From positions 1-64,000 of IMG/VR virus record IMGVR_UViG_3300027777_000034: DNA of 64,000 bases; one strand, written 5' to 3'. The stretch comes from a virus. Position numbers and translations under genes: made by a program. The number at the start of each line of letters is the position of its first letter. The first letter of the stretch is position 1. The notes beneath the pieces were generated by a model. That model made no database searches and was not told the origin of the DNA. It saw nothing but the letters and a program-made list of their open reading frames with translations. Shown piece after piece: positions 8,292-16,330 of this stretch.

Positions 8292-8551
8292 TGAAGTATA
8301 ATATTTTAGCAAATGGAGAGCTAGTAGCGACAATGCGTGGAGATTTTAAGGATGCAAAATCCCCAATTCTTTTAGACGATGAATCAACGCCATACAATGT
8401 GGGAGACTTTAGCCACAGACCAGTGCTTGCTGCTAATATGATTCTGTTATGGGAAAACTCGGTTAAGGGATCTCGCAGAGTATCCATACTCACAGATGAT
8501 GAAGGTGAGCGATTTGTACTGGCTGATATTAGTATAGTTGAGGGTGTATAA
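8291..8551 (+). CDS. hypothetical protein
   Basis: TAATG coupling. Confidence 0.65.
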   Translation: MKYNILANGELVATMRGDFKDAKSPILLDDESTPYNVGDFSHRPVLAANMILLWENSVKGSRRVSILTDDEGERFVLADISIVEGV

Positions 8552-8585
8552 AATAGGGATTTAAACTTTTTAAAGGAGATATAAA

Positions 8586-8846
8586 ATGACATCAATAGAA
8601 GATAAACCTGTTAAAGCTGGAAGAAAAGTAGTTGCCGATAGCACAATACTTTACAACTTATATAATATTGTAGATCGTGTAGAAAATACTATAAAAGAAT
8701 CAGTCATCAATGTTTATGCAGATAGATATCGTGTAAACATCTGGCAGGGAACAGACAATCCTTTCTTGCCAAAGGCTGGAACTATAGCTGCAAGCTACTT
8801 TATATCTGTTGATTCAAGCGGTAAAATAAAGATGTTCAACAACTAG
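8586..8846 (+). CDS. hypothetical protein
   Basis: AAGGAG SD. Confidence 0.7.
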   Translation: MTSIEDKPVKAGRKVVADSTILYNLYNIVDRVENTIKESVINVYADRYRVNIWQGTDNPFLPKAGTIAASYFISVDSSGKIKMFNN

Positions 8847-8857
8847 AAAGCAATCAG

Positions 8858-9091
8858 ATGAAAATAGATGAGGCAATTGCTATGCTTAATCAAGCAAAGG
8901 ATAGCGGATCAAAAGATGTTATCTTTGCTTTTTGGGAAGCTAAAGAATTTAATAGAAAAGCAAAGAAAACATTTACCAACAATATTGTTTGGTCAAACAT
9001 AGCTGATTACATACACGACAACATGGATTGGAAGTACATACATAATGAACTACAAAAAATGATAGATAAAATAAAAGTTAAAAATGAGTAA
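8858..9091 (+). CDS. hypothetical protein
   Basis: ORF in operon. Confidence 0.6.
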   Translation: MKIDEAIAMLNQAKDSGSKDVIFAFWEAKEFNRKAKKTFTNNIVWSNIADYIHDNMDWKYIHNELQKMIDKIKVKNE

Positions 9092-9115
9092 ATATTTTCA
9101 TGTGACAAACGAATA
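9089..9115 (+). promoter_or_regulatory. early promoter
   Basis: TAAATA-N15-CGAATA, exact. Confidence 0.75.
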
Positions 9116-9136
9116 AGTAATTAGAAAGGAGATAAA

Positions 9137-9340
9137 ATGATTTTTTGGGAAGAAGAAATCGTTGATCATATATGTTACATAACAGGAGCCACTAGAGATG
9201 TTGCCCATGCAATGGTAATGTCAAAAAGCTTTATATTCATACAAGGTTGGTCAATGGGCGAATCAGCATTAAATATAGCTAACAGGATTTTAAAGGAGTA
9301 TGTCGATGAAAAAATTAGAAAGTCAAAAACAATTGTTTGA
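9137..9340 (+). CDS. hypothetical protein
   Basis: AAGGAG SD. Confidence 0.65.
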   Translation: MIFWEEEIVDHICYITGATRDVAHAMVMSKSFIFIQGWSMGESALNIANRILKEYVDEKIRKSKTIV

Positions 9341-9623
9341 AGATGTCTTTGCAGTAGAGCATATACATTCAAGCAAAAAGAAATTGGTTATTCGTACTGA
9401 TGTGTTTGAAGATGGTATTATTGTGCAAAAAGTATCTGCTAATTGCACGATGATTTACATCAATGACCTTGATTATATGGCTAAAGGCGATATTCTTGAT
9501 GGGAGCATTCAGATAATATTCTTTCCAATATCGCACAAAGAATTGGACAAAAGATTTAAATTACTTGCGGAATGTATTTCAAAAAAGGAGGAACTATGTG
9601 GTACGAAAACAGAGAAAATTTAG
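9300..9623 (+). CDS. hypothetical protein
   Basis: AAGGAG SD; start 9300 or 9306. Confidence 0.6.
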   Translation: MSMKKLESQKQLFEDVFAVEHIHSSKKKLVIRTDVFEDGIIVQKVSANCTMIYINDLDYMAKGDILDGSIQIIFFPISHKELDKRFKLLAECISKKEELCGTKTEKI

Positions 9624-9793
9624 TGGCTCTAGCCAATTACCTTAAGGATGATGGAGAGTGGCGAGATTATAGCACTAAAGAACATAAAGATGATCCTATC
9701 AAGCGAATGATCTACTTTTTATCTAAACCTTGGAAGTGGCAAGAAGAGTGGGAAATGTTTCAGAAAACCAAAACTTTTATTGGGAGGAATTAA
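9596..9793 (+). CDS. hypothetical protein
   Basis: GGAGG SD before ATG 9596. Confidence 0.65.
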   Translation: MWYENRENLVALANYLKDDGEWRDYSTKEHKDDPIKRMIYFLSKPWKWQEEWEMFQKTKTFIGRN

Positions 9794-9796
9794 AAA

Positions 9797-10042
9797 ATGA
9801 CAGAAGAAACATCATACGAAGAATGTATAGCCCTACCAATAGGTATTGGAGATATGAAAATATATGAACTTTTTGACGGATTAGTTCTTAAGATGGATGC
9901 AAAAATGAAGTCTTCCTTAAACACTAAGGCAAACTACTTGGTTTGGAGCAATTATCAATTTTTGGGATTGTTCTTCACAAGCAAAGAAGTTTCTGCACAG
10001 CTTAACTCACAAGGAGAAAAACATGAAAAACAGAAGGATTAG
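9797..10042 (+). CDS. hypothetical protein
   Basis: GGAGG SD. Confidence 0.6.
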   Translation: MTEETSYEECIALPIGIGDMKIYELFDGLVLKMDAKMKSSLNTKANYLVWSNYQFLGLFFTSKEVSAQLNSQGEKHEKQKD

Positions 10043-10358
10043 TATTACATCAAGCATTGTGAATGGCATTGAACAAATGCTAGAAAGCGATAGTATTGAT
10101 CAAAACAATTTTCAACCTATTTTAGAATGGGTTCAAAACATCAAAAGATTTCCAATGCAAAAATACTCAGACCTATTTTTTGCAAAAGGGCTGTTAGATA
10201 ATTTAAATCTTCTCAAGACTTTCTACTATCGTCATGTAGAGGAAAAGAATGGTCTTGTATATCATAAAAGCGTATTGGATGCGTTTATGTATATAGACAA
10301 AGTTAATGAAAAGTATGGGGAAGTAGCTCCAGTTGCTGCTGAAGTTGAACAAGAATAA
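10023..10358 (+). CDS. hypothetical protein
   Basis: AAGGAG SD. Confidence 0.65.
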   Translation: MKNRRISITSSIVNGIEQMLESDSIDQNNFQPILEWVQNIKRFPMQKYSDLFFAKGLLDNLNLLKTFYYRHVEEKNGLVYHKSVLDAFMYIDKVNEKYGEVAPVAAEVEQE

Positions 10359-10390
10359 TGTGCGTCTTTTCTAAACTAGGAGGGTTTGTG

Positions 10391-10549
10391 ATGACGATGA
10401 GGATTTTAATATGCTTTGCTTCTATCTGTGCGTTTGGATGCGGAACGATAGAGCAGAGCGTTTCTACTAGCATTAGCCCATATGACAGTAGAGAAATAGA
10501 GAAGGTAAATGTAAGTTTTAAACATTGTTATGTTTTTCCAACAAGGTGA
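10391..10549 (+). CDS. putative small lipoprotein
   Basis: hydrophobic leader ending in AFGC (lipobox-like); GGAGG SD. Confidence 0.5.
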   Translation: MTMRILICFASICAFGCGTIEQSVSTSISPYDSREIEKVNVSFKHCYVFPTR

Positions 10550-10552
10550 TTT

Positions 10553-10810
10553 ATGCCAATAGAAAAAAATAAATTTATCTCTAGCGATACTGGATTGATA
10601 TATTCAATGTCTAAACCTAAATGGAAAAAGTATTTAAAACTAATGCTTGCCCATAAGTTATCTTTGTTAAAGAAAAAGCAATTACCAGCACCAGAAATAA
10701 AAAAGGAGGACATTAAATTAATTGCGTACAATGTATTTGATATTGATAGATTGAAGAATGATGACTGTATAGATACTGTGAAATCAGAACTTTTAAAACT
10801 AGGAAAATAA
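10553..10810 (+). CDS. hypothetical protein
   Basis: AGGTG SD. Confidence 0.55.
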   Translation: MPIEKNKFISSDTGLIYSMSKPKWKKYLKLMLAHKLSLLKKKQLPAPEIKKEDIKLIAYNVFDIDRLKNDDCIDTVKSELLKLGK

Positions 10811-10811
10811 A

Positions 10812-11033
10812 ATGAAAATGTATTTAGTTAATGGGTATAAAGATGCTACTATCAGAGCAGGATTTTTAGAAAAAGAGTGGACTAGTAAATCTGGAAAGAA
10901 ACTAGTAACACTTAAAATACTTGATCACTACAAGGAACATTCAACAGTTTTTAGAACATATCATCGTGATAAGTTATCTGTAATGAAAGTTCTTGATGTT
11001 GATGATGATTTATTAGCAAAGGAGAAAAAATGA
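10812..11033 (+). CDS. hypothetical protein
   Basis: AGGA SD. Confidence 0.6.
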   Translation: MKMYLVNGYKDATIRAGFLEKEWTSKSGKKLVTLKILDHYKEHSTVFRTYHRDKLSVMKVLDVDDDLLAKEKK

Positions 11034-11302
11034 GCAATTTAAGCGGATGGAAACAAAACAGAAGCATTACACCAGAAGAGTTTGTAAAAGCTTTTACCGA
11101 AAATGATACCTATGAGGCAATTGCAACAAAGCTAAACATTAGCGTATCAGCAGTAAGGAACAGGGCTTATGCTTTAAAGCGATCTGGTGTTAACTTAAAT
11201 ACTAGTAAGAAGAAAGCCAGCGGTTCTTTTTTTGGCTCAAAAAAACTTGATGAAAAAAATGTTTTAGAGCTAAATAAAATCATCGATGACTCGAATAAGT
11301 AA
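11030..11302 (+). CDS. HTH DNA-binding protein
   Basis: YEAIATKLNISVSAVRNRAYAL. Confidence 0.7.
   Translation: MSNLSGWKQNRSITPEEFVKAFTENDTYEAIATKLNISVSAVRNRAYALKRSGVNLNTSKKKASGSFFGSKKLDEKNVLELNKIIDDSNK
11271..11297 (+). promoter_or_regulatory. early promoter
   Basis: TAAATA-N15-CGAATA, exact; followed by hairpin TGGGGCTA-GCAA-TAGCCCCA (11317-11336). Confidence 0.75.
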
Positions 11303-11356
11303 TTGTAATAATTGTATGGGGCTAGCAATAGCCCCAAAAATACCAAGGAGGAACAA

Positions 11357-11617
11357 ATGGACTTCAAAAAGATTGCAAAAAAGAATGTTAAAGAGTTTAT
11401 TGAGTCAGTAGATCAGTTTCATTCATATGCGAGTAATTTGTTACATCTCTTGAAGAGTGTAAAATCATCCTTAAAAAACAATGAAACATGTTTTAATATT
11501 ATGGAAGTACAGTCTAATGTTGAAACATTAAATACTTTTATGGTTAACATGAATAGATTTTATGACAGAGTTGAATTTATTGAAGAACTACAATTCGAAA
11601 AAGAGTTTCAAAAATGA
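11357..11617 (+). CDS. hypothetical protein
   Basis: AAGGAGG SD before ATG 11357. Confidence 0.65.
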   Translation: MDFKKIAKKNVKEFIESVDQFHSYASNLLHLLKSVKSSLKNNETCFNIMEVQSNVETLNTFMVNMNRFYDRVEFIEELQFEKEFQK

Positions 11618-11700
11618 ACAAAGATGCAATGACTTTTATTCTGATATGTTCTATTATAATTGGTATTATTAAAGGCATATTTCCAAGCAATGGTGATTAA
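11614..11700 (+). CDS. 28-aa membrane peptide, copy 2
   Basis: MNKDAMTFILICSIIIGIIKGIFPSNGD; ATGA and TAATG overlaps at both ends. Confidence 0.65.
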   Translation: MNKDAMTFILICSIIIGIIKGIFPSNGD

Positions 11701-12293
11701 TGGCTTTTAGATATCAAACTTCTAATATTTTTTCTTATGAAAATATAGAACTTGTTGCACAAATAAAACTTAAATTTTATAGAAATCAAATGGATCAAGA
11801 TAATGTAATAATGGCAAATTATGAAGGTAAATTAGAATATTTTTATGCAAAAAATATATTTTCTGATGATAAAGATTTTGATATATATGATTACTTACAA
11901 TATTTGCCAATTATAAATGTTGAAAATTATACTGAATGTAAGGATATTTCAGAAATATGTTTAAATAGAAAAATGGGAACACTTGAAAGTTTTTTATATT
12001 ATAAAAAGTCTCAAGAAGAACTTTTTTCTACTTTTCCAGAAGTGACTACAACAACAAGTACAAGCACAACAACCACAACCGTTACAACAACGCCATGTCC
12101 AACAGGTGTATCAAGTAGAGTATATTACATAAATGCAACAAATATTTGTGCAGTTTGTGTAGCAACAAATGAATTTGTGTGCAGCCCATATGAAAATTAT
12201 AATTATGTAAATTGTTTAAATTCAGTAAATAGTATTAATAAAGGAAATACAAATTGTACAACAAGTCCAGAACCAACAACACCTATGCCTTAG
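11700..12293 (+). CDS. protein with Thr-rich linker and Cys-rich C-terminal domain
   Basis: VTTTTSTSTTTTTVTTTPC followed by several Cys. Confidence 0.6.
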   Translation: MAFRYQTSNIFSYENIELVAQIKLKFYRNQMDQDNVIMANYEGKLEYFYAKNIFSDDKDFDIYDYLQYLPIINVENYTECKDISEICLNRKMGTLESFLYYKKSQEELFSTFPEVTTTTSTSTTTTTVTTTPCPTGVSSRVYYINATNICAVCVATNEFVCSPYENYNYVNCLNSVNSINKGNTNCTTSPEPTTPMP

Positions 12294-12302
12294 ATATAAA
12301 AA

Positions 12303-12770
12303 TTATTGTTTAGCCATATATTCTTTGTGTTTTTTTTCAAATTCAATTATTTTATCTTTTGGCCCAACATATGTAAATTCCTCTTTTTTATAATGCCTTA
12401 TAAGGGTTAAAACATGATTTGAAAATAGTTTTAAAATCTTTTGTGCATCACTACTAAGTAAAGCATCTGGCCAAACTTCTTGGCCCATAAGCATTGCTAA
12501 ACCAAGATCATTATTTTCAGCAGTAACAGGATAAAACATGAGTCCAAGATTATTCGGCCTAATTTCTTCGCCACCAGGAATTAAGTTTAAAATGTACGCA
12601 CAAGACCAATCACGACATATGTTTGGCCTAGTGTCATACACACCACAACCACCATGATCTGCTCTATCTTTGCAATTGCAGAATGCTGGCTTGTTAAGTT
12701 CTCGAACTTCTAAGATGTTGCAACACACATCACAATTGCCACAGGTGTTTTCTACTTGTTTAAGTTCCAT
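12303..12770 (-). CDS. YkgJ-like CxxCxxCC Zn/Fe-chelating protein
   Basis: CGNCDVCC...CGVYDTRPNICRDWSC. Confidence 0.75.
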   Translation of the reverse strand: MELKQVENTCGNCDVCCNILEVRELNKPAFCNCKDRADHGGCGVYDTRPNICRDWSCAYILNLIPGGEEIRPNNLGLMFYPVTAENNDLGLAMLMGQEVWPDALLSSDAQKILKLFSNHVLTLIRHYKKEEFTYVGPKDKIIEFEKKHKEYMAKQ

Positions 12771-12825
12771 AATTAACCTTGTTTGAATTTGTTTAAAAGT
12801 ATAATATATATAAAAGGAGATCAAT

Positions 12826-13116
12826 ATGAAATGTTTTTTTTCAGCAATTAGTTTTATTTTACTGGTTTCTACATCAAATGCTCAACAGATTATGTATAAG
12901 CCATTGCAACAACAAGCTTATAGTTATAACAATTATAATAACTATAACAATGCTCAGAGATATTATCCAATTAATCCTATTCAGAAAACTCCAACTGGAT
13001 ATTTGTATTATCCATTGACTAATTTACCACCATTACAATCAAATGGATACACATTACAAAATACTCAACCGTATATTGGAATGTATTACTATAGTCCTAG
13101 TTTATGGTTACAATAA
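12826..13116 (+). CDS. secreted Q/Y/N/P-rich protein
   Basis: signal peptide ending SNA; low-complexity mature part. Confidence 0.6.
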   Translation: MKCFFSAISFILLVSTSNAQQIMYKPLQQQAYSYNNYNNYNNAQRYYPINPIQKTPTGYLYYPLTNLPPLQSNGYTLQNTQPYIGMYYYSPSLWLQ

Positions 13117-13863
13117 ATGTTTAACGAAGATGATTTAAATAAGTGGAAAAACTCAAAACCATTTAATCATTTAGTAATAGACAATTTTTTAGAAAACTCA
13201 TTGGCTATGCAAATAGCTGATGAGTTTCCTTCTATTAATGATGACTTTTGGTTTTATTACAACAATGCTGTTGAAGTTAAAAAAGCCTGTGATATGTGGT
13301 GTAAGTTCCCAAAATCAATATACAAAACAATATTTGAATTAACGAGCAAAGAATTTGTAGACTCTCTATCTAACTTAGTTGGTAAACAAGTTTGGGCAGA
13401 CTATGGGTTAAATGGCGGTGGTATACACGCTATGGGCAATTCTGGAAAATTAAACCCACATTTAGACTACAGCATACACCCAAAGCTTGGACTACAAAGA
13501 AAGATAAATTTAATAATATACTTAACAAAAAATTGGGATACCTCTTGGGGTGGAGCTATAGAGCTATGGTCACACGATGAAGAGAATAATAAACCAAAAC
13601 AGGTTGAAGTTAAAATAGATTCCACTTTTAATAGGGCTTTATTGTTTGATACAACTCAAAATTCATGGCATGGCATATCAGATCAAATCACATGTCCAAT
13701 CGACAAATCAAGAAATTCAATAGCAATATACTATGTTTGTGAGCCAGAGATTGGAAGCGAAGATAGGAATAAGGCTTTGTTTGCCCCAACAGAGGATCAA
13801 AAGGGCGATAAGTTAGTTGAAGAACTTATAAGACAAAGACTTTTGGGGAAATACAAAATATAG
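13117..13863 (+). CDS. 2OG-Fe(II) oxygenase (prolyl-hydroxylase-like)
   Basis: PFNHLVIDNFL, GGGIH, HLD, SWHG, RNS. Confidence 0.85.
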   Translation: MFNEDDLNKWKNSKPFNHLVIDNFLENSLAMQIADEFPSINDDFWFYYNNAVEVKKACDMWCKFPKSIYKTIFELTSKEFVDSLSNLVGKQVWADYGLNGGGIHAMGNSGKLNPHLDYSIHPKLGLQRKINLIIYLTKNWDTSWGGAIELWSHDEENNKPKQVEVKIDSTFNRALLFDTTQNSWHGISDQITCPIDKSRNSIAIYYVCEPEIGSEDRNKALFAPTEDQKGDKLVEELIRQRLLGKYKI

Positions 13864-13890
13864 TAAATATTAATGTTACTTAAGCGAATA
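13864..13890 (+). promoter_or_regulatory. early promoter ahead of the methyltransferase operon
   Basis: TAAATA-N15-CGAATA, exact. Confidence 0.7.
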
Positions 13891-13929
13891 GCTTTTTGTA
13901 CAAAACATTTACTTTTATAGGAGGATACA

Positions 13930-14331
13930 ATGGAATCAAAAGCACCAATCGAAATCAATGGAGAAAAATATCTGCTGTTTGCAAGCGAGAATGTTAAAAG
14001 ACTTTTAAGAAAGAATAAGGTTGCAGCAGTGACCATTCTTGAAGAGTTTATTAATAAACCATTCACAAAGCTTGGAACATCTAATATTAAAAGGATTGCA
14101 GAAACAAACTTAAACATCTTAAACATTCAAGCAACAGAGTTTGAGTCTCAAGAAGAAATCAAATGTTTTATATTGCACTGTGTTGGTAATTATACGCAAA
14201 TGCTGCCGATATATCCAAAGAAGTGGTCGGTAATGTTGGAATGTGGGCATAAAGCAATCTTTGATGAAACAGTTGACTACATCTGTAAAGATCATGTGGT
14301 CACATGTTTTAAGTGCAATAAAAATAATTAA
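13930..14331 (+). CDS. hypothetical protein with C-terminal Zn finger
   Basis: LECGH...CFKC; GGAGG SD. Confidence 0.65.
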   Translation: MESKAPIEINGEKYLLFASENVKRLLRKNKVAAVTILEEFINKPFTKLGTSNIKRIAETNLNILNIQATEFESQEEIKCFILHCVGNYTQMLPIYPKKWSVMLECGHKAIFDETVDYICKDHVVTCFKCNKNN

Positions 14332-14383
14332 TGCTTTTTAATCTGTAAGAAAAACGCATACATATTTCTTACAAGGAGGTTTG

Positions 14384-15283
14384 ATGTTAAAACTATATGA
14401 TATGTTTTCGGGGATAGGTGGATTTGCTTTAGGGTTTCAAAAGGAAGGTTTTGAAGTAACTGCTTTTGCAGAGTTAGATAAGTATCCTTCTGAAGTTTTA
14501 GCAAAGAATTTTCCAAATATCCCTAATTATGGAGATGTAACAAAAGTAAAGTATAAAAAAGATCAGTTTGATTTGATTGTTGGGGGTTTTCCCTGCACAG
14601 ACATATCTATAGCAAGTCAATCAAAGGAGGGCATATATGGAAAAAGATCATTCTTGTGGAAAGAATTCTTCCGAGCAGTTAAAGATGTTCAACCAAAATA
14701 TTGTGTCATTGAAAATGTCTTTATGCTGCTTGGAAGAGGGCTTGAAACGGTACTTCAAGACCTTGCCAGCATCGGGTACGATGCGACTTATACAACGCTC
14801 GATGCCCAATACTGTGGAACAGCCCAAAGAAGGCGTAGAGTTTACATTTTGGGAGTCCGTGATGGAATCACCTCCAATAGCGATATACTCCAGTTTGGCC
14901 CTCGTAGTACTAGAACCTGTCAACAAAGCGTGGAACTTGTCAAAAAGAGCTTTGAATGGAATTTTAAAAAGAGCATGTGGTTCAAAGAAACCTTTGCCTA
15001 CTTTACTCGCCAAAGAAGTGATCAGTTTGATGAATGCGGAGTGTCATCAACCCTAACAAAAAGAGATTATAAGTCTTTTACAGATTTAGTAGTATCTGAT
15101 GGCAACATACGCAGAGTAACACCTACAGAAAGGCTTCGCCTTATGGGTTTTCCTGACGATTGGCATATTGAAAATGCTTCAAGTACTGATAAGTATAAAT
15201 ATAACGGTATGCATGTACCTTCAGTTCAATACATAGCAAGATGTTTAAAGGAGTACGAAAGATGTTTGAATTTGCAAAAATAG
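14384..15283 (+). CDS. DNA (cytosine-5) methyltransferase, alpha chain
   Basis: motif I FSGIGG, IV GFPC, VI ENV, VIII QRRRRVY, IX RRVTPTERLRLMGFP; atypical motif X. Confidence 0.92.
   Translation: MLKLYDMFSGIGGFALGFQKEGFEVTAFAELDKYPSEVLAKNFPNIPNYGDVTKVKYKKDQFDLIVGGFPCTDISIASQSKEGIYGKRSFLWKEFFRAVKDVQPKYCVIENVFMLLGRGLETVLQDLASIGYDATYTTLDAQYCGTAQRRRRVYILGVRDGITSNSDILQFGPRSTRTCQQSVELVKKSFEWNFKKSMWFKETFAYFTRQRSDQFDECGVSSTLTKRDYKSFTDLVVSDGNIRRVTPTERLRLMGFPDDWHIENASSTDKYKYNGMHVPSVQYIARCLKEYERCLNLQK
14637..15056 (+). CDS. nested out-of-frame ORF resembling the M.EcoHK31I-type methyltransferase beta polypeptide
   Basis: AAGGAGG 6 nt before ATG; TLPASGTMR...SSL...LE...WNLSKRALNGILKRA...KPLPTLL. Confidence 0.65.
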   Translation: MEKDHSCGKNSSEQLKMFNQNIVSLKMSLCCLEEGLKRYFKTLPASGTMRLIQRSMPNTVEQPKEGVEFTFWESVMESPPIAIYSSLALVVLEPVNKAWNLSKRALNGILKRACGSKKPLPTLLAKEVISLMNAECHQP

Positions 15284-15894
15284 CAGAAAAATTTGACGAA
15301 CATTTAGCTGGACAATTATATTGGCATAGCAATTTCGTTAATCATTTCTTGCCTGAGATTGCATCTGTCTTTATGGCAGAAGGAACAAATGTATATGATT
15401 TTGGTGCATCAACAGGTAATGTAGAAGTGGCTTTATCAAGTATGATTAAGTCAAGGAGCATAGATTTTATACCTGTGGAAAAATGTAAAGAGATGGCAGA
15501 AAGATATAAGGGAGAAAGCGAAGTGGTTGTTGATGATTTTTTAAATGTGTATATGGAAGAGTTTTCATTTGCTACATGTATTTTGTCTTTATGTTTTATC
15601 CATCCATCAAAAAGAGAAACATTTATTGATTCTTTAAAAAATAATTGTATGATTGGCGGTGCTTTTATAGTTTTGGAGAAAATGAAATCCAAGGGTGGAT
15701 ATTTAGGAACAGCTTTAAATAGAGTCACATGGCGTAATAAGATTGAAAATGGTGAATCTTTAAAGATGGTAATCAATAAAGAGCTTTCTCTAAGTGGTGT
15801 GCAGTATCCGCTAAGTGAAAAAGAACTTGAAGGATTTGAGTTAATATGGGCTTATGGTGATTTTCGTGCTTATATTTGGTTAAAGGAGTTTTAA
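15262..15894 (+). CDS. CmoA-like (carboxy-SAM synthase family) SAM-binding protein
   Basis: FDEHLAGQL, VYDFGASTG, GGAFIVLEK, KELSLSGV. Confidence 0.7.
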   Translation: MFEFAKIAEKFDEHLAGQLYWHSNFVNHFLPEIASVFMAEGTNVYDFGASTGNVEVALSSMIKSRSIDFIPVEKCKEMAERYKGESEVVVDDFLNVYMEEFSFATCILSLCFIHPSKRETFIDSLKNNCMIGGAFIVLEKMKSKGGYLGTALNRVTWRNKIENGESLKMVINKELSLSGVQYPLSEKELEGFELIWAYGDFRAYIWLKEF

Positions 15895-16140
15895 ATGGAA
15901 GAAGAATTAGATTATCATTGTTCTGAGTGCGGTGTTCAAATTTCAGAGTGGATGCTTAGAGATGTCGATGGCGTTACAATTGATACATGTTTAAATTGTG
16001 CAATTAAAACATCATTAATGTTATGCCCTGTGTGCGACATAAACATAGGAATAACGAATGTAGATCGTGCAAATAGAATACTTGGTGAGGGATGGGAAGA
16101 GATGTGCGAAGACTGTGCAAAAGCATTTGTTGAAAAATAG
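15895..16140 (+). CDS. multi-CxxC Zn-finger protein
   Basis: four CxxC pairs. Confidence 0.65.
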   Translation: MEEELDYHCSECGVQISEWMLRDVDGVTIDTCLNCAIKTSLMLCPVCDINIGITNVDRANRILGEGWEEMCEDCAKAFVEK

Positions 16141-16162
16141 CCAAGTTTTATTGTGCTAACAA

Positions 16163-16175
16163 TGGGGTATTTATA
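16163..16175 (+). promoter_or_regulatory. putative late promoter motif
   Basis: TGGGGTATTTATA; similar motifs at 5521(-), 29831(-), 33846, 35468, 44012. Confidence 0.45.
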
Positions 16176-16313
16176 ATGGAAGACTTTAAAAAATGGTACA
16201 TTTGTTCTTACTGTGCATTTAAATTTTACTGGGAAGGCTTAGAAGATCCAACACAATGTCCAAAATGTAGATGTGAAGAAATTATTTTAATAAAAGAAAA
16301 TAAAATTTTGTAA
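16176..16313 (+). CDS. small Zn-ribbon protein, 45 aa (not in ORF track)
   Basis: YICSYC...CPKC. Confidence 0.55.
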   Translation: MEDFKKWYICSYCAFKFYWEGLEDPTQCPKCRCEEIILIKENKIL

Positions 16314-16330
16314 AACTTTATGGAGCATAA

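Noticed and set aside
12044-12092. ACA-rich tract as a DNA repeat element
   Set aside because: It simply encodes a Thr-rich linker
13117-13863. TET/JBP-type 5mC oxidase acting with the nearby methyltransferase
   Set aside because: Motifs fit the common prolyl-hydroxylase-like 2OG family, and a promoter plus another ORF separate it from the MTase; not fully excluded
14-13890. Repeated TAAATA...CGAATA units as a CRISPR array
   Set aside because: The 15-nt middle is variable, copies are 0.5-2.6 kb apart with genes between them, and no cas genes are visible
14648-15013. Minus-strand 121-aa ORF in the methyltransferase, and other antisense ORFs in the track (e.g. 15342, 40312, 55378, 61628)
   Set aside because: Shadows of well-supported genes, with no recognisable motifs or clear SD
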